A DNA stretch of 64,000 nt. Source: an uncultured Methylomirabilota bacterium. Lineage in GTDB: Bacteria > Methylomirabilota > Methylomirabilia > Methylomirabilales > 2-02-FULL-66-22. Positions 49,601 to 56,803 of the stretch are shown in pieces. The translations under genes were made by a program, and so were the position numbers. The DNA is taken from positions 992,001 through 1,056,000 of the forward strand of contig CAWJSJ010000002.1 of the NCBI GenBank assembly GCA_963845565.1, written 5' to 3'. The notes under the pieces were generated by a model that was given only the letters and a program-made list of their open reading frames with translations, was not told the origin of the DNA and ran no database searches. Every line of letters starts with the position of its first letter. Position 1 is the stretch's first letter.

Positions 49601-49887
49601 TGCACGACGCCGAAGACGGTGGGCCGGCGAGCGTGACTGTGCGCAGTACGAGCGGACGCTCGACCCGGAAAACGCCGGCCACACGGCCGCGCGAGGCGGG
49701 AGCGGGTCCGCTGCCGCGCAACTGGGAAGAGGTCGAGTGGCTTCAGTTGTGCGATGCGCTGCTCGGCGTGTCGAAGGATGAGTTCCCGGTGCGCGAGATC
49801 GGGGAGCTCGAAGAATGGGCTCACACCGTGGCGCGCTATTCATTCTCGCTGGGGCCCGTGCCGACGGTCGCTCACCCCGGCCGCTGA
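46633..49887 (+). CDS. papain-like (C1) peptidase domain fused to a KAP-family P-loop NTPase with TM hairpin and coiled coils
   Basis: DQGQEG-V-S, SPRMLY, HAFALLGY, IVQNSWG; GLFGDWGSGKSFFM (Walker A), FNAWHY, IILYIDDLDRC (Walker B), YLEKIFQIPF, PRAVKRFVN. Confidence 0.9.
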   Translation: MGSAANVEGSLGEAPRRREDLPEVSDEAAQAAREQVAQRTFVPSTHRPPEEVLPNPEFIRILDQGQEGVSVGVALAAVLNYLRAEQGEREPVSPRMLYEYARLYDEWRDADHEGSSLVGGLAGLVRHGVCLDTEWPLYDPNLRPDAAALKAALTNRPAAVLRVDKRIEHLRAAVFEDHAVVVAAELHDGWREPLRGVIPFRAKRRGKAATQGSHAFALLGYTAEGFIVQNSWGMNWGGVELRDHHLPGTAIWTYDDATAHLVDAWAIQLSRRPYHAPLVGYDADSLEGDDLLEIKAEVNAFSYVLASRAIKPPMALGLFGDWGSGKSFFMQEMKKKIASLAVLPAKRPDSGETRSPFCRQIVQIRFNAWHYLDTDLWASLVTEIFDGLFAGIGGKTGKPEEKLPELAVELQNANGVYQQARQQLEDAKTARARAEATLRDAVKEREDREVALRTQLNDLTQLLKDTPAVKAQVDRLAADLGMPEMRTSYQALDARATELKSITHGFTALLQTMFSTPWGWPRLLWLIAAMCAPVLVVMGIELLRWWFSVPIERFHAFAVQLSTLLAAVTAWLGVQAKRGAGVLASLRDAHQKLEVIRATRRAEAVANQEGALQALREKEDAARKSMQDAEQRVQALQREIDDLQPGRLIMRFIEERTKSSDYRSRLGIVSLVRRDFERLSELADPDSDKRNADVMPVERIILYIDDLDRCKPDRVIEVLEAVHLLLAFRLFMVVVAVDPRWLRRCLEKHYPDLLALRTQEVATVAHVVPSRPATAQDYLEKIFQIPFTLQPLKDDGYRRLIRGLTEQNRMPDTLVPLAGRTSATGAALSATGQATAGTESGQAQGMPLSAVTDVIKAQAKQALRDQATAEDTAESEESAIERLRIRAWELDDMERLAPLFHTPRAVKRFVNTYRFLRAGVRQQYLGRFEGERDEPGTYRAALTLLAIIVSYSNVAPRFLRRILDTAERGASKQGWLDFLRDARADAVSLVHDAEDGGPASVTVRSTSGRSTRKTPATRPREAGAGPLPRNWEEVEWLQLCDALLGVSKDEFPVREIGELEEWAHTVARYSFSLGPVPTVAHPGR

Positions 49888-49966
49888 CCCGGTGGGCAGC
49901 GCTGGCGCAGCCTGGGCGTTTCAGGGTGGGATCCTTAGGGTGACGGAGATTCTCGGAGGGAGAACA

Positions 49967-51134
49967 GTGACGCAAGCGGAGATGACGCCACGGGAGCGCG
50001 TGAAGGCGGCCCTCAACCACCAGGAGCCCGATCGGGTGCCTCTGGATCTCGGCCAGGCGGTCGGCGACGGGATCACCCTGACCGCCTACCGGAACCTCCT
50101 TGCCCATCTGGGGATGAGCGATAAGATGGTCCAGGTCAAGGACAAGCGCGGGCAGACGGCCCGCGTGGACGAGGAGATCCTGCGACGATTCCACATCGAC
50201 TTCCGGGGGGTCGGGTTGGGCGCCCCGGAGCGCTGGAAGGATCGCTGGCTCGACGAGCGTACCTTCGAGGACGAGTGGGGCGTGGTGCGGACCATGCCCA
50301 AGGACTCCTACTATTTCGACCTGGTCGGCTCCCCGCTGGCGGAAGACGGAAGCCTCTCGGCGCTCGAGACGTACCGCTGGCCGGACCCGATGGATCCCGG
50401 GCGCTTTCGCGGCCTGCGTGAACGGGCGCAACACCTTCATCGGGAGACGGACTACGCCGTCGTGGTGGATCTGAACTGCGCCTTCTTTCTCCGCTGCTGC
50501 GAATTGCGCGGCTGGGAGAACTTCTACATGGACATCGTGGCGAACGTTCCGTTCGCCGAGGCCTTGATGGACCGCTTCCTGGAGATCCGCCTCGCCATCG
50601 CCGAGCGCGCGCTGCAGGAGGTGGGGGAGGACGTGGACATCGTCATGGTGACCAGCGACGACCTCGGGGGCACGGATAGTCCACTCATCTCGCCGGCGCT
50701 CTACCGGTCATTGATCAAGCCCCGGCAGCAGCGCACCTTCGATTTCTTCCGGGCCCGCACCGGGGCCAAGCTCTACTACCACACCGACGGCGCCATCTAC
50801 CCGCTGCTCCCCGATTTCGTCGATTTGGGGGTGGACATCCTGAACCCGGTCCAGGTGTCCGCGGACGGGATGGGCGACACGCAGAAGCTGAAGCGAGAGT
50901 TCGGCGACAAGTTGACCTTCTGGGGCGCCATAGACACCCACCAGGCTCTCCCGTACGGCACCCCCGAGCGACGTTCGCGAGGAGGTCCGCCGCCGGATCC
51001 GGGACCTGGGCCCGGGTGGCGGGTACGTCGTCTGCCCGGTCCACAACATCCAGCCCGAAGTGCCCCCCGCGAACGTCGTCGCAATGTACGAGAGCGCCTA
51101 CGAGCTGGGCCGGTATCCGCTCCGACTCGAATAG
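49967..51134 (+). CDS. uroporphyrinogen decarboxylase/MtaA-CmuA family protein; one frameshift near 50970
   Basis: MTPRERV..ALNHQEPDRVPLD, DDLG, HTDG, NPVQ, FWGAIDT; the C-terminus GPGGGYVVCPVHNIQPEVPP..* is in a shifted frame. Confidence 0.85.
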
Positions 51135-51219
51135 CCGGATCCCCGAGCACTGCGGTCATGGTGGGATTCCGAGATTTCCGCCGAAATAGGGAATGCCGAA
51201 TGAGCGAGGCGAGGCGCGG

Positions 51220-51633
51220 TTAGGTGCGAACGGGGGCGATGATCGCTACGGAAGGAAAGTAGGTCCGGTAGCGCCGGGTATCCCGCGTGAGCAATTGCAG
51301 TCCGGCCACCGCGGCGTGGGCGCCGATGAAGAAGTCGGGCAAGGGCGTGATTTTGCTTCCCTTTCGCTTTCGGTATCGCAGGAAGGCCTTCCCAGCCAGG
51401 AACGCCGCTTCGAGCGGGATCGGGAGCCGAGGAAACGACTCTGCAGGAAGCACCCCTTCCATCTCCTCGATGGTCGCGACCGCGATCGAGACCTCCGCAT
51501 AGATGATCGGATTGATGTAGAGGGGCCCCTCATCGGCGCACTGCGCCAGCGCGGTGGACGACCACGCGTACCACCGGGCGTCCTCGGTGAGCACGTCCAG
51601 GATGACGTTGCTGTCCACCAGGGTCCCCGCCAT
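51220..51633 (-). CDS. vapC: VapC (PIN domain) toxin
   Basis: LVDSNVILD, IIYAEV, PDFFIGAHA, LLTRD. Confidence 0.9.
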   Translation of the reverse strand: MAGTLVDSNVILDVLTEDARWYAWSSTALAQCADEGPLYINPIIYAEVSIAVATIEEMEGVLPAESFPRLPIPLEAAFLAGKAFLRYRKRKGSKITPLPDFFIGAHAAVAGLQLLTRDTRRYRTYFPSVAIIAPVRT

Positions 51634-51860
51634 CACCGACCCCGTGTGAGCGCCATGATCTCATCGGTCGTCATGCGGACCGTGGCCCGCCCGCGCAGGC
51701 GCTCCACAACTCGCTTCCCCCGCACTTGACTTCGTTTCGTGGGGACGAGCGTCACCACATTGCCTTCCACCGCGAACTCCACGTCGGTACCGGGGTGAAT
51801 GGAGAGCCGCTCGCGGATCTCCAGGGGAATGGTGACCTGCCCTTTCGTCGTGACTCTCAT
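51633..51860 (-). CDS. vapB: AbrB/MazE-type antitoxin
   Basis: MRVTTKGQVTIP..IRE; overlaps vapC; GGAGAA RBS. Confidence 0.88.
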   Translation of the reverse strand: MRVTTKGQVTIPLEIRERLSIHPGTDVEFAVEGNVVTLVPTKRSQVRGKRVVERLRGRATVRMTTDEIMALTRGR

Positions 51861-51870
51861 ATTCTTCTCC

Positions 51871-51915
51871 ATTCTTACCGGTAAGAATAATACTCCACAA
51901 GGAACAACTCGTCAA
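51871..51915 (-). promoter_or_regulatory. vapBC promoter with palindromic operator
   Basis: TTGACG-17 nt-TATTAT on the minus strand; perfect palindrome ATTCTTACCGGTAAGAAT at 51871-51888. Confidence 0.75.
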
Positions 51916-51944
51916 ACCACACTCCGTCAGGGGGGACGGCGTTT

Positions 51945-51978
51945 CCTATGACTCTCAGTTACCGGCGGAGAGTCTGCG
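51945..51978 (+). repeat. repeat R, copy 1 (truncated)
   Basis: CCTATGACTCTCAGTTACCGGCGGAGAGTCTGCG; 28/34 identical to 55187-55220. Confidence 0.7.
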
Positions 51979-51995
51979 CCTTGCCTTATCAAGGC

Positions 51996-52030
51996 TTGCC
52001 AAGATCGGACCGCGTGATTACAATGTAATC
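51996..52030 (+). promoter_or_regulatory. mazEF promoter with palindromic operator
   Basis: TTGCCA-17 nt-TACAAT; palindrome GATTACA-A-TGTAATC at 52016-52030 covers the -10 element. Confidence 0.75.
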
Positions 52031-52049
52031 CCTGAAGGGAGGATGAGCC

Positions 52050-52307
52050 ATGCGAGCACGCGTTGTGCGGATCGGGAATTCACGGGGAGTACGCATCCCC
52101 AAGCCGCTCATCGAACAGGTTGGCCTACAGGACGAGGTCGAGATTGCCGTGGAAGGCAGCAGCCTGATCATCCGCGCCGCTGCGCGCCCCCGCGCGGGCT
52201 GGGCGACGGCGTTCCGGATGATGGCCGAGCGGGGAGACGATCGGCTACTGGACGTTGCCGGAGGCTCGACGACCAAGTGGGACGAGGACGAATGGGAATG
52301 GAAGTGA
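52050..52307 (+). CDS. mazE: AbrB/MazE antitoxin
   Basis: RIGNSRGVRIPK; acidic C-terminus. Confidence 0.9.
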   Translation: MRARVVRIGNSRGVRIPKPLIEQVGLQDEVEIAVEGSSLIIRAAARPRAGWATAFRMMAERGDDRLLDVAGGSTTKWDEDEWEWK

Positions 52308-52621
52308 ACCGATTCGAGGTCTACCTGGTCACCCTCGACCCGACCCTGGGAAGCGAGATCCAGAAGACCCGCCCGTGCCTGGTGGTGTCGCCCGACGAAA
52401 TGAACCACCACATCCGGACGGTCATCGTCGCCCCCATGACCACAAAAGGGCAACCCTATCCCACCCGCGTCCCCTGCCGGTTCAAGGGCAGGGCGGGCCA
52501 GATCGTCCTCGACCAGATCCGGACCGTGGACAAAACCCGGCTCGTCCGCCGTCTCGGCCGCCTCGACCCCAAGACCGGGATGAAGGTCCTCGCCGTCCTC
52601 GCTGAACTCTTCGCCCCGTAG
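52292..52621 (+). CDS. mazF: PemK/MazF endoribonuclease toxin
   Basis: LDPTLGSEIQKTRPCLVVS, VAPMT, DQIRTVDKTRL. Confidence 0.92.
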   Translation: MGMEVNRFEVYLVTLDPTLGSEIQKTRPCLVVSPDEMNHHIRTVIVAPMTTKGQPYPTRVPCRFKGRAGQIVLDQIRTVDKTRLVRRLGRLDPKTGMKVLAVLAELFAP

Positions 52622-52625
52622 TTTC

Positions 52626-52643
52626 TTCTTTGACAACGGCTTA
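52626..52643. repeat. right end of the TTA-flanked mini element
   Basis: TTCTTTGACAACGGCTTA, identical to the right ends of the full copies. Confidence 0.7.
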
Positions 52644-52738
52644 CTACGACTACGCGCCTGATGGGCCGATGAGCCCGTGATCGTTTTCCACCACGCATGA
52701 TCTCGTGGAGTACGCACCGCTCCTGGCTGGGCGGATTC
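52644..52738 (+). ncRNA. truncated, decayed copy of structured motif A (copy 2)
   Basis: CTACGACTACGCGCCTGATGGGCCGATGAGCCCGTGATCGTTTTCCACC... closely matches 54400-54495. Confidence 0.6.
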
Positions 52739-52794
52739 TCGCCGTCTGAAGGGCGCTTGCTAAATACGGAAACTTCGGCCATGGTCGTTCTGAT

Positions 52795-52926
52795 ATGAAG
52801 AGACGCCGACGTTACAAGATGCATCTCGTGGTCAATGGGCGCTCGATCGAGGAAGTGGTGACTGACCCCCACTACGAGGTCAAACACTCCGAAATCGACG
52901 ACGAGCCCATCTGCTTTCGGAGGTAG
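52795..52926 (+). pseudogene. 43-aa ORF, possibly an internally deleted small toxin-like gene
   Basis: MKRRRRYKMHLVVNGRSIEEVVTDPHYEVKHSEIDDEPICFRR*. The protein-like N-terminus jumps abruptly to CFRR*. The family resemblance is from memory and untested. Confidence 0.35.
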
Positions 52927-53026
52927 TGTGCAGGAAGGCCCCTCGGAAGAAGACCGCGATCAGCACCGGCACGCCGTTAGGTTCACAGCGCTTTGGAACA
53001 TGCGCTTCCCCTGATATGCATTGAAA

Positions 53027-53115
53027 CGTCTGACTCCTGGTTACACGCGGAGAGCCTGTTGCTGATAAGAGGTGAAGGGAGGCAACGAGTCATGGGACGC
53101 AAGGTCCCCCATGAC
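53027..53115 (+). repeat. repeat R, copy 2
   Basis: TGACTCCTGGTTACACGCGGAGAG...GTCATGGGACGCAAGGTCCCCCATGAC; aligns with 55187-55293. Confidence 0.75.
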
Positions 53116-53158
53116 AGCATAATGGACAAAGAGACGACCATATGCTAAATACAGTCCC

Positions 53159-54319
53159 ATGATAAGACGACCGTACTGGATCGAGCGGATTCATGCCGCC
53201 TGGAAGAAGCGGCCCATCGTCTGGCTCGCGGGCGTGCGCAGAGCCGGCAAGACCACGCTGGCCAGGATGCTTCCTGAGGCCGTCTACCTGAACTGCGACC
53301 TGCCGTCCGTGCTCCATCGGCTCGAAGACCCGGAGCTGTTCTATCGCTCCCTCTCGAAAGGAGCCACGGTCGTCTTCGACGAGGCGCACCGGCTGCCCGA
53401 CCCGGCACAGGTCCTCAAGATCGGCGCTGATGCGTTCCCTCGACTCCGTCTTTTGGCGACGGGCTCGTCCACCCTCTCGGCAACCCGCAAGTTTCGCGAC
53501 ACCCTGGCAGGCCGCAAAACGCTCTTGCCCTTGCCGCCGATTCTCTGGCCGGAGTGCGAGGCCGAATTCGCAGTGAGGGACCTAGACCGCCGCCTCTTTC
53601 GCGGTGGGCTTCCCGAGGCCCTTCTCGCGGACGAGCCAGATGCCGCCTCTTACGCGGAATGGCTGGACAGTTTCTACGCCCGCGACATCCAGGAGTTGTT
53701 TGGCATCCGGGAGCGCACGGGCTTTCTCAATCTCCTCCGCCTGATGCTTCGGCAAAGCGGCGGTCTTGTCGACTACTCGGCCCTGTCGCGCGAATGCGAT
53801 CTCAGCCGGGCGACCGTGAAATCCCACCTCGAAGCCATGACCGTCGCCTGCGCCCTGATCCCGGTTCCGCCTTTCCACGGGGGTGGCCGGCGAGAGTTGG
53901 TCCGTCGCCCGAAGGTCTACGCCTTCGACACGGGGTTCGTGGCCTACGCCCGCGGCTGGCAAGACCTGCGCGCCGAGGACCGCGGGCCGCTCTGGGAGCA
54001 CCTGGTCCTGGACGTGTTGCGCACGGCCCACGAAGGCCAAGAGGTGGCGTACTGGCGGGACAAATCGGGGCGGGAGGTGGATTTCGTCATCCCGCGGGGC
54101 CGACGGGTGGACACCTACGAGTGCAAGATGACTCCTGGGCGGTTCGACCCTGAATCCCTCAAGGTTTTCCGGTCCCACTATCCCGACGGGGAGAACTTCC
54201 TGGTTACACCCGGAATCGAGAGCCCTTACGACCACACATTCGAGGGCCTCGTCGTCCGCGTCACCGGCTGCCGCGACCTGCTGCTCCGAACGATACGACC
54301 GACCGCGGCTCATTCTTGA
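53159..54319 (+). CDS. AAA_14 ATPase with C-terminal DUF4143 (PD-(D/E)xK-like) domain
   Basis: GVRRAGKTT, VFDEAH, ATGSS, GGLPE, PKVYAFDTG, YWRDKSGREVDFV..ECK. Confidence 0.9.
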   Translation: MIRRPYWIERIHAAWKKRPIVWLAGVRRAGKTTLARMLPEAVYLNCDLPSVLHRLEDPELFYRSLSKGATVVFDEAHRLPDPAQVLKIGADAFPRLRLLATGSSTLSATRKFRDTLAGRKTLLPLPPILWPECEAEFAVRDLDRRLFRGGLPEALLADEPDAASYAEWLDSFYARDIQELFGIRERTGFLNLLRLMLRQSGGLVDYSALSRECDLSRATVKSHLEAMTVACALIPVPPFHGGGRRELVRRPKVYAFDTGFVAYARGWQDLRAEDRGPLWEHLVLDVLRTAHEGQEVAYWRDKSGREVDFVIPRGRRVDTYECKMTPGRFDPESLKVFRSHYPDGENFLVTPGIESPYDHTFEGLVVRVTGCRDLLLRTIRPTAAHS

Positions 54320-54552
54320 CAGCCCCGAAGGGCCGGCGTAGAGTCCCTCGCAACGGTTCCGGCCATCCCATCTCTTTGCCGGGCCGCCCTTCAGCCCTCC
54401 TACGACTACGCGCCTGACGGGCCGATGAGCCCGTGATCGTTTTCCACCAGGCATGATCTCACGGAGTGCGTGCCGCTCCTGGCTGGGCAAATTCCTACGT
54501 AGCCATCGTGGTAGGGGTTGTCGGCAGAACCGATGTCTGCACGCCACCGTTC
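54316..54552 (+). ncRNA. candidate structured ncRNA/leader with sigma70 promoter (motif A, copy 3)
   Basis: TTGACA-17 nt-TAGAGT, with the TGA of TTGACA serving as the upstream stop codon; multi-stem fold closed by AACGG/CCGTT. Confidence 0.55.
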
Positions 54553-54590
54553 GCCAACGCACGGAAACGACAGAGGCTCGGTCCCCCACG

Positions 54591-55101
54591 ATGAAGACCA
54601 AGTCCTTGCTCGGCGGTTTCGTGCGACGCGCTTGTGATCTGGGAGCCATCGAGGCGAAGGTCATCCGGGCGGACTCGGTCGTCACGGCGCCCTGGGTGCG
54701 GCTGAAGTGCCAGTTCGGCTGCGGCGGTTGGGGCTCCAATCTGTGCTGCCCGCCACATACGCCGACACCCGAGGAGACCGCCAAAGTGATCGCCTGCTAC
54801 ACGCAGGCCCTCCTGATTCACTGCCGGGGGAATAAACGGCCGACGAAGATCGTGGCGGCGCTGGAGCGCGAGATCTTCCTGTCCGGTTTCTACAAGGCCC
54901 TGGGCTTCGGCGCGGGACCGTGCCGGCTGTGCAAGGACTGTAACCTCGCGGGGTGCATGCGACCCGACGACGCCCGACCAGCCATGGAGGCCTGCGGCAT
55001 CGACGTCTTCGCCACCGCCCGCGCCAACGGCTTCCCGATCGAGGTGGTCACAGGACGCGTCGTGCGAGGACAACTACTACGGCCTCGTCCTGATCGAATA
55101 G
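54591..55101 (+). CDS. DUF2284 Cys-rich predicted metal-binding protein; one frameshift near 55055
   Basis: WVRLKCQFGC..LCCPP, GAGPCRLC..C..C..ARPAMEACGIDVFAT; C-terminus CEDNYYGLVLIE* in a shifted frame. Confidence 0.85.
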
Positions 55102-55186
55102 ACCCCGCCGTCAGTCGGGTTCGAATCCGTGGTGGGGAAGCAGAAGGGACTCGAACGCATGCGCCAGCCACGCCATGGGGTTGTAT

Positions 55187-55293
55187 CCTATGACGCCTGG
55201 TTACGAGCGGAGAGTCTGCGGCTGCTGAGAGGAGAAAGGAGAAAGGTAGTCGTGGGACGCAACGGCCGGGTCCCCCATGACGTCCCCCATGAC
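55187..55293 (+). repeat. repeat R, copy 3, ending in a tandem 12-mer GTCCCCCATGAC x2
   Basis: Aligns with 51945-51978 and 53027-53115; direct repeats at 55270-55281 and 55282-55293. Confidence 0.75.
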
Positions 55294-55570
55294 GGGCCAC
55301 TCCTTCGGTGAGGGGAGGCACCCAGTGTACCCGGAAATTGAAATAGATCTTCCTCATGACGAGGAGTAACTCGCAATAAGTTGGGCAGTTACAGCTTTGG
55401 TCTGACGCAATAACCGGGCATTAGTGGGTTCAGATATTCAAGTTGTTTGGAGGTCCTAGATCCAAGATTCAATTGACACAAAAGATCGTTCTAGTATATT
55501 TCACCCGCCAGAATTGGTTGTGGCTGTAACGTCATAACAACAACCAGGAACGATGAAAGAGGAGGAGTGT

Positions 55571-56704
55571 ATGATGCAGAAACTTTTCAAATCATTCTCG
55601 TTTATGGTGTGTCTGGTGCTGGTATGGATGTTCGCGGTTGGCGTTGACCAAGCGTTTTCGGCCAGCAAGGCAGCCGACACGGTTGACAAACAGGCGCCGC
55701 GCAACGTGGATCTGAATCCCGTGCTCGCGGCACCCGTCAGCTTACGATTGGGTTACGAAGACAGGGCGACCTGGCCCGGCGTTGCGAATACACCGGACCC
55801 GGAGCACGCCTTCGCTCTGATTTTCAAGCAGTTCGTCGAAGAACGAACGAACGGCACGGTCAAAATTCAACTGTTCGCGCAAAGCCAGATCGGCGGCTCG
55901 AAACAGATGACCGAAATGGTGCAGGCCGGCACATTGGACCTTTGCATAGGGACGGGTGTCATGGGTGGGTTCTACCCCAAGTTTGAAGTCATTTACCTAC
56001 CCTATGCCTTCCAGTCCGAGGAAATCGCCTGGTGGGTTTTTGACAACAGCAAATTCTGGAAGAATCTCATGGCCGATATGGAGAAAACCGTCGGCATTAC
56101 CTATCTGGGGATGGGACAGAACGGCGTCCGAAACTTTACCAACAACAAACGAGAAATCCGTCAACCGTCCGACTTGAAAGGGCTTAAATTACGGGTCATG
56201 CAGTCTCCCATATATGTAAAGATGGTAGAGGCGCTGGGAGGCAATGCCGTCCCGATCGCCTGGGCGGAACTTTACACCGCACTTCAAACTGGTGTCGTGG
56301 ATGGTCAGGAAAACCCCATCTCCATCATTGAGTTGGGTAAGATTCATGAAGTGCAGAAGTATCTGACCCTCGACGGTCACACCTGGAGCGAGGACATGCT
56401 GGTGATCAATACGGCGAAATTCAACAGTTTCCCCGAGGGGGTGAAACATGTCCTGAAGATGGGCGGATTGCACGGGGCAAGGGCCGACCGGGCTGCCGAG
56501 GCATTCAAAACAAGGGTGACAGATCTTGCCAAAGTGGCCGCCAAGTTGAAAATATACAAACCGACGCCGGCCGAGCTCAAGAAGTTCCAGGATACGGCCA
56601 AACCGCCGGTGGTTGCATACCTCAAGGAAAAGATCGGTCCGGAAACGGTTGACTCTTTCTTCAGCGCGGTTGAAGAAGCGGAAATCGCTTTAGGATATAA
56701 ATAA
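55571..56704 (+). CDS. dctP: TRAP transporter substrate-binding protein
   Basis: GAGGAGG RBS, signal peptide, DLKGLKLRVM, ELYTALQTGVVDGQENP. Confidence 0.93.
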   Translation: MMQKLFKSFSFMVCLVLVWMFAVGVDQAFSASKAADTVDKQAPRNVDLNPVLAAPVSLRLGYEDRATWPGVANTPDPEHAFALIFKQFVEERTNGTVKIQLFAQSQIGGSKQMTEMVQAGTLDLCIGTGVMGGFYPKFEVIYLPYAFQSEEIAWWVFDNSKFWKNLMADMEKTVGITYLGMGQNGVRNFTNNKREIRQPSDLKGLKLRVMQSPIYVKMVEALGGNAVPIAWAELYTALQTGVVDGQENPISIIELGKIHEVQKYLTLDGHTWSEDMLVINTAKFNSFPEGVKHVLKMGGLHGARADRAAEAFKTRVTDLAKVAAKLKIYKPTPAELKKFQDTAKPPVVAYLKEKIGPETVDSFFSAVEEAEIALGYK

Positions 56705-56725
56705 TCCAGCGCCGTAATTTGTACA

Positions 56726-56764
56726 ACCCAATCCCCCTCGCCATCGCCTAGAGGGGGATTGGGT
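56726..56764 (+). other. 14-bp stem-loop after dctP
   Basis: ACCCAATCCCCCTC / GAGGGGGATTGGGT. Confidence 0.6.
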
Positions 56765-56803
56765 GCAATTCGAAAGATGCATCATGCGAAGGGCCAAAGC
56801 AAA

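Noticed and set aside
54316..54552. Motif A as 6S RNA, IS110 bridge RNA, omegaRNA or C4 antisense RNA
   Set aside because: It is branched and multi-copy, has no adjacent recombinase, TnpB/IscB or phage gene, and shows none of the sequence landmarks I can recognise. It is left unassigned pending an Rfam search.
55105..55160. Intact tRNA gene
   Set aside because: Only T-arm and CCA-like fragments are present, with no D-arm, anticodon arm or matching acceptor stem.
44673..55293. CRISPR array or classical integron
   Set aside because: The repeats are long, degenerate and separated by 0.3-7 kb. No cas or intI gene is present, and I could not identify convincing attC R''/R' boxes.
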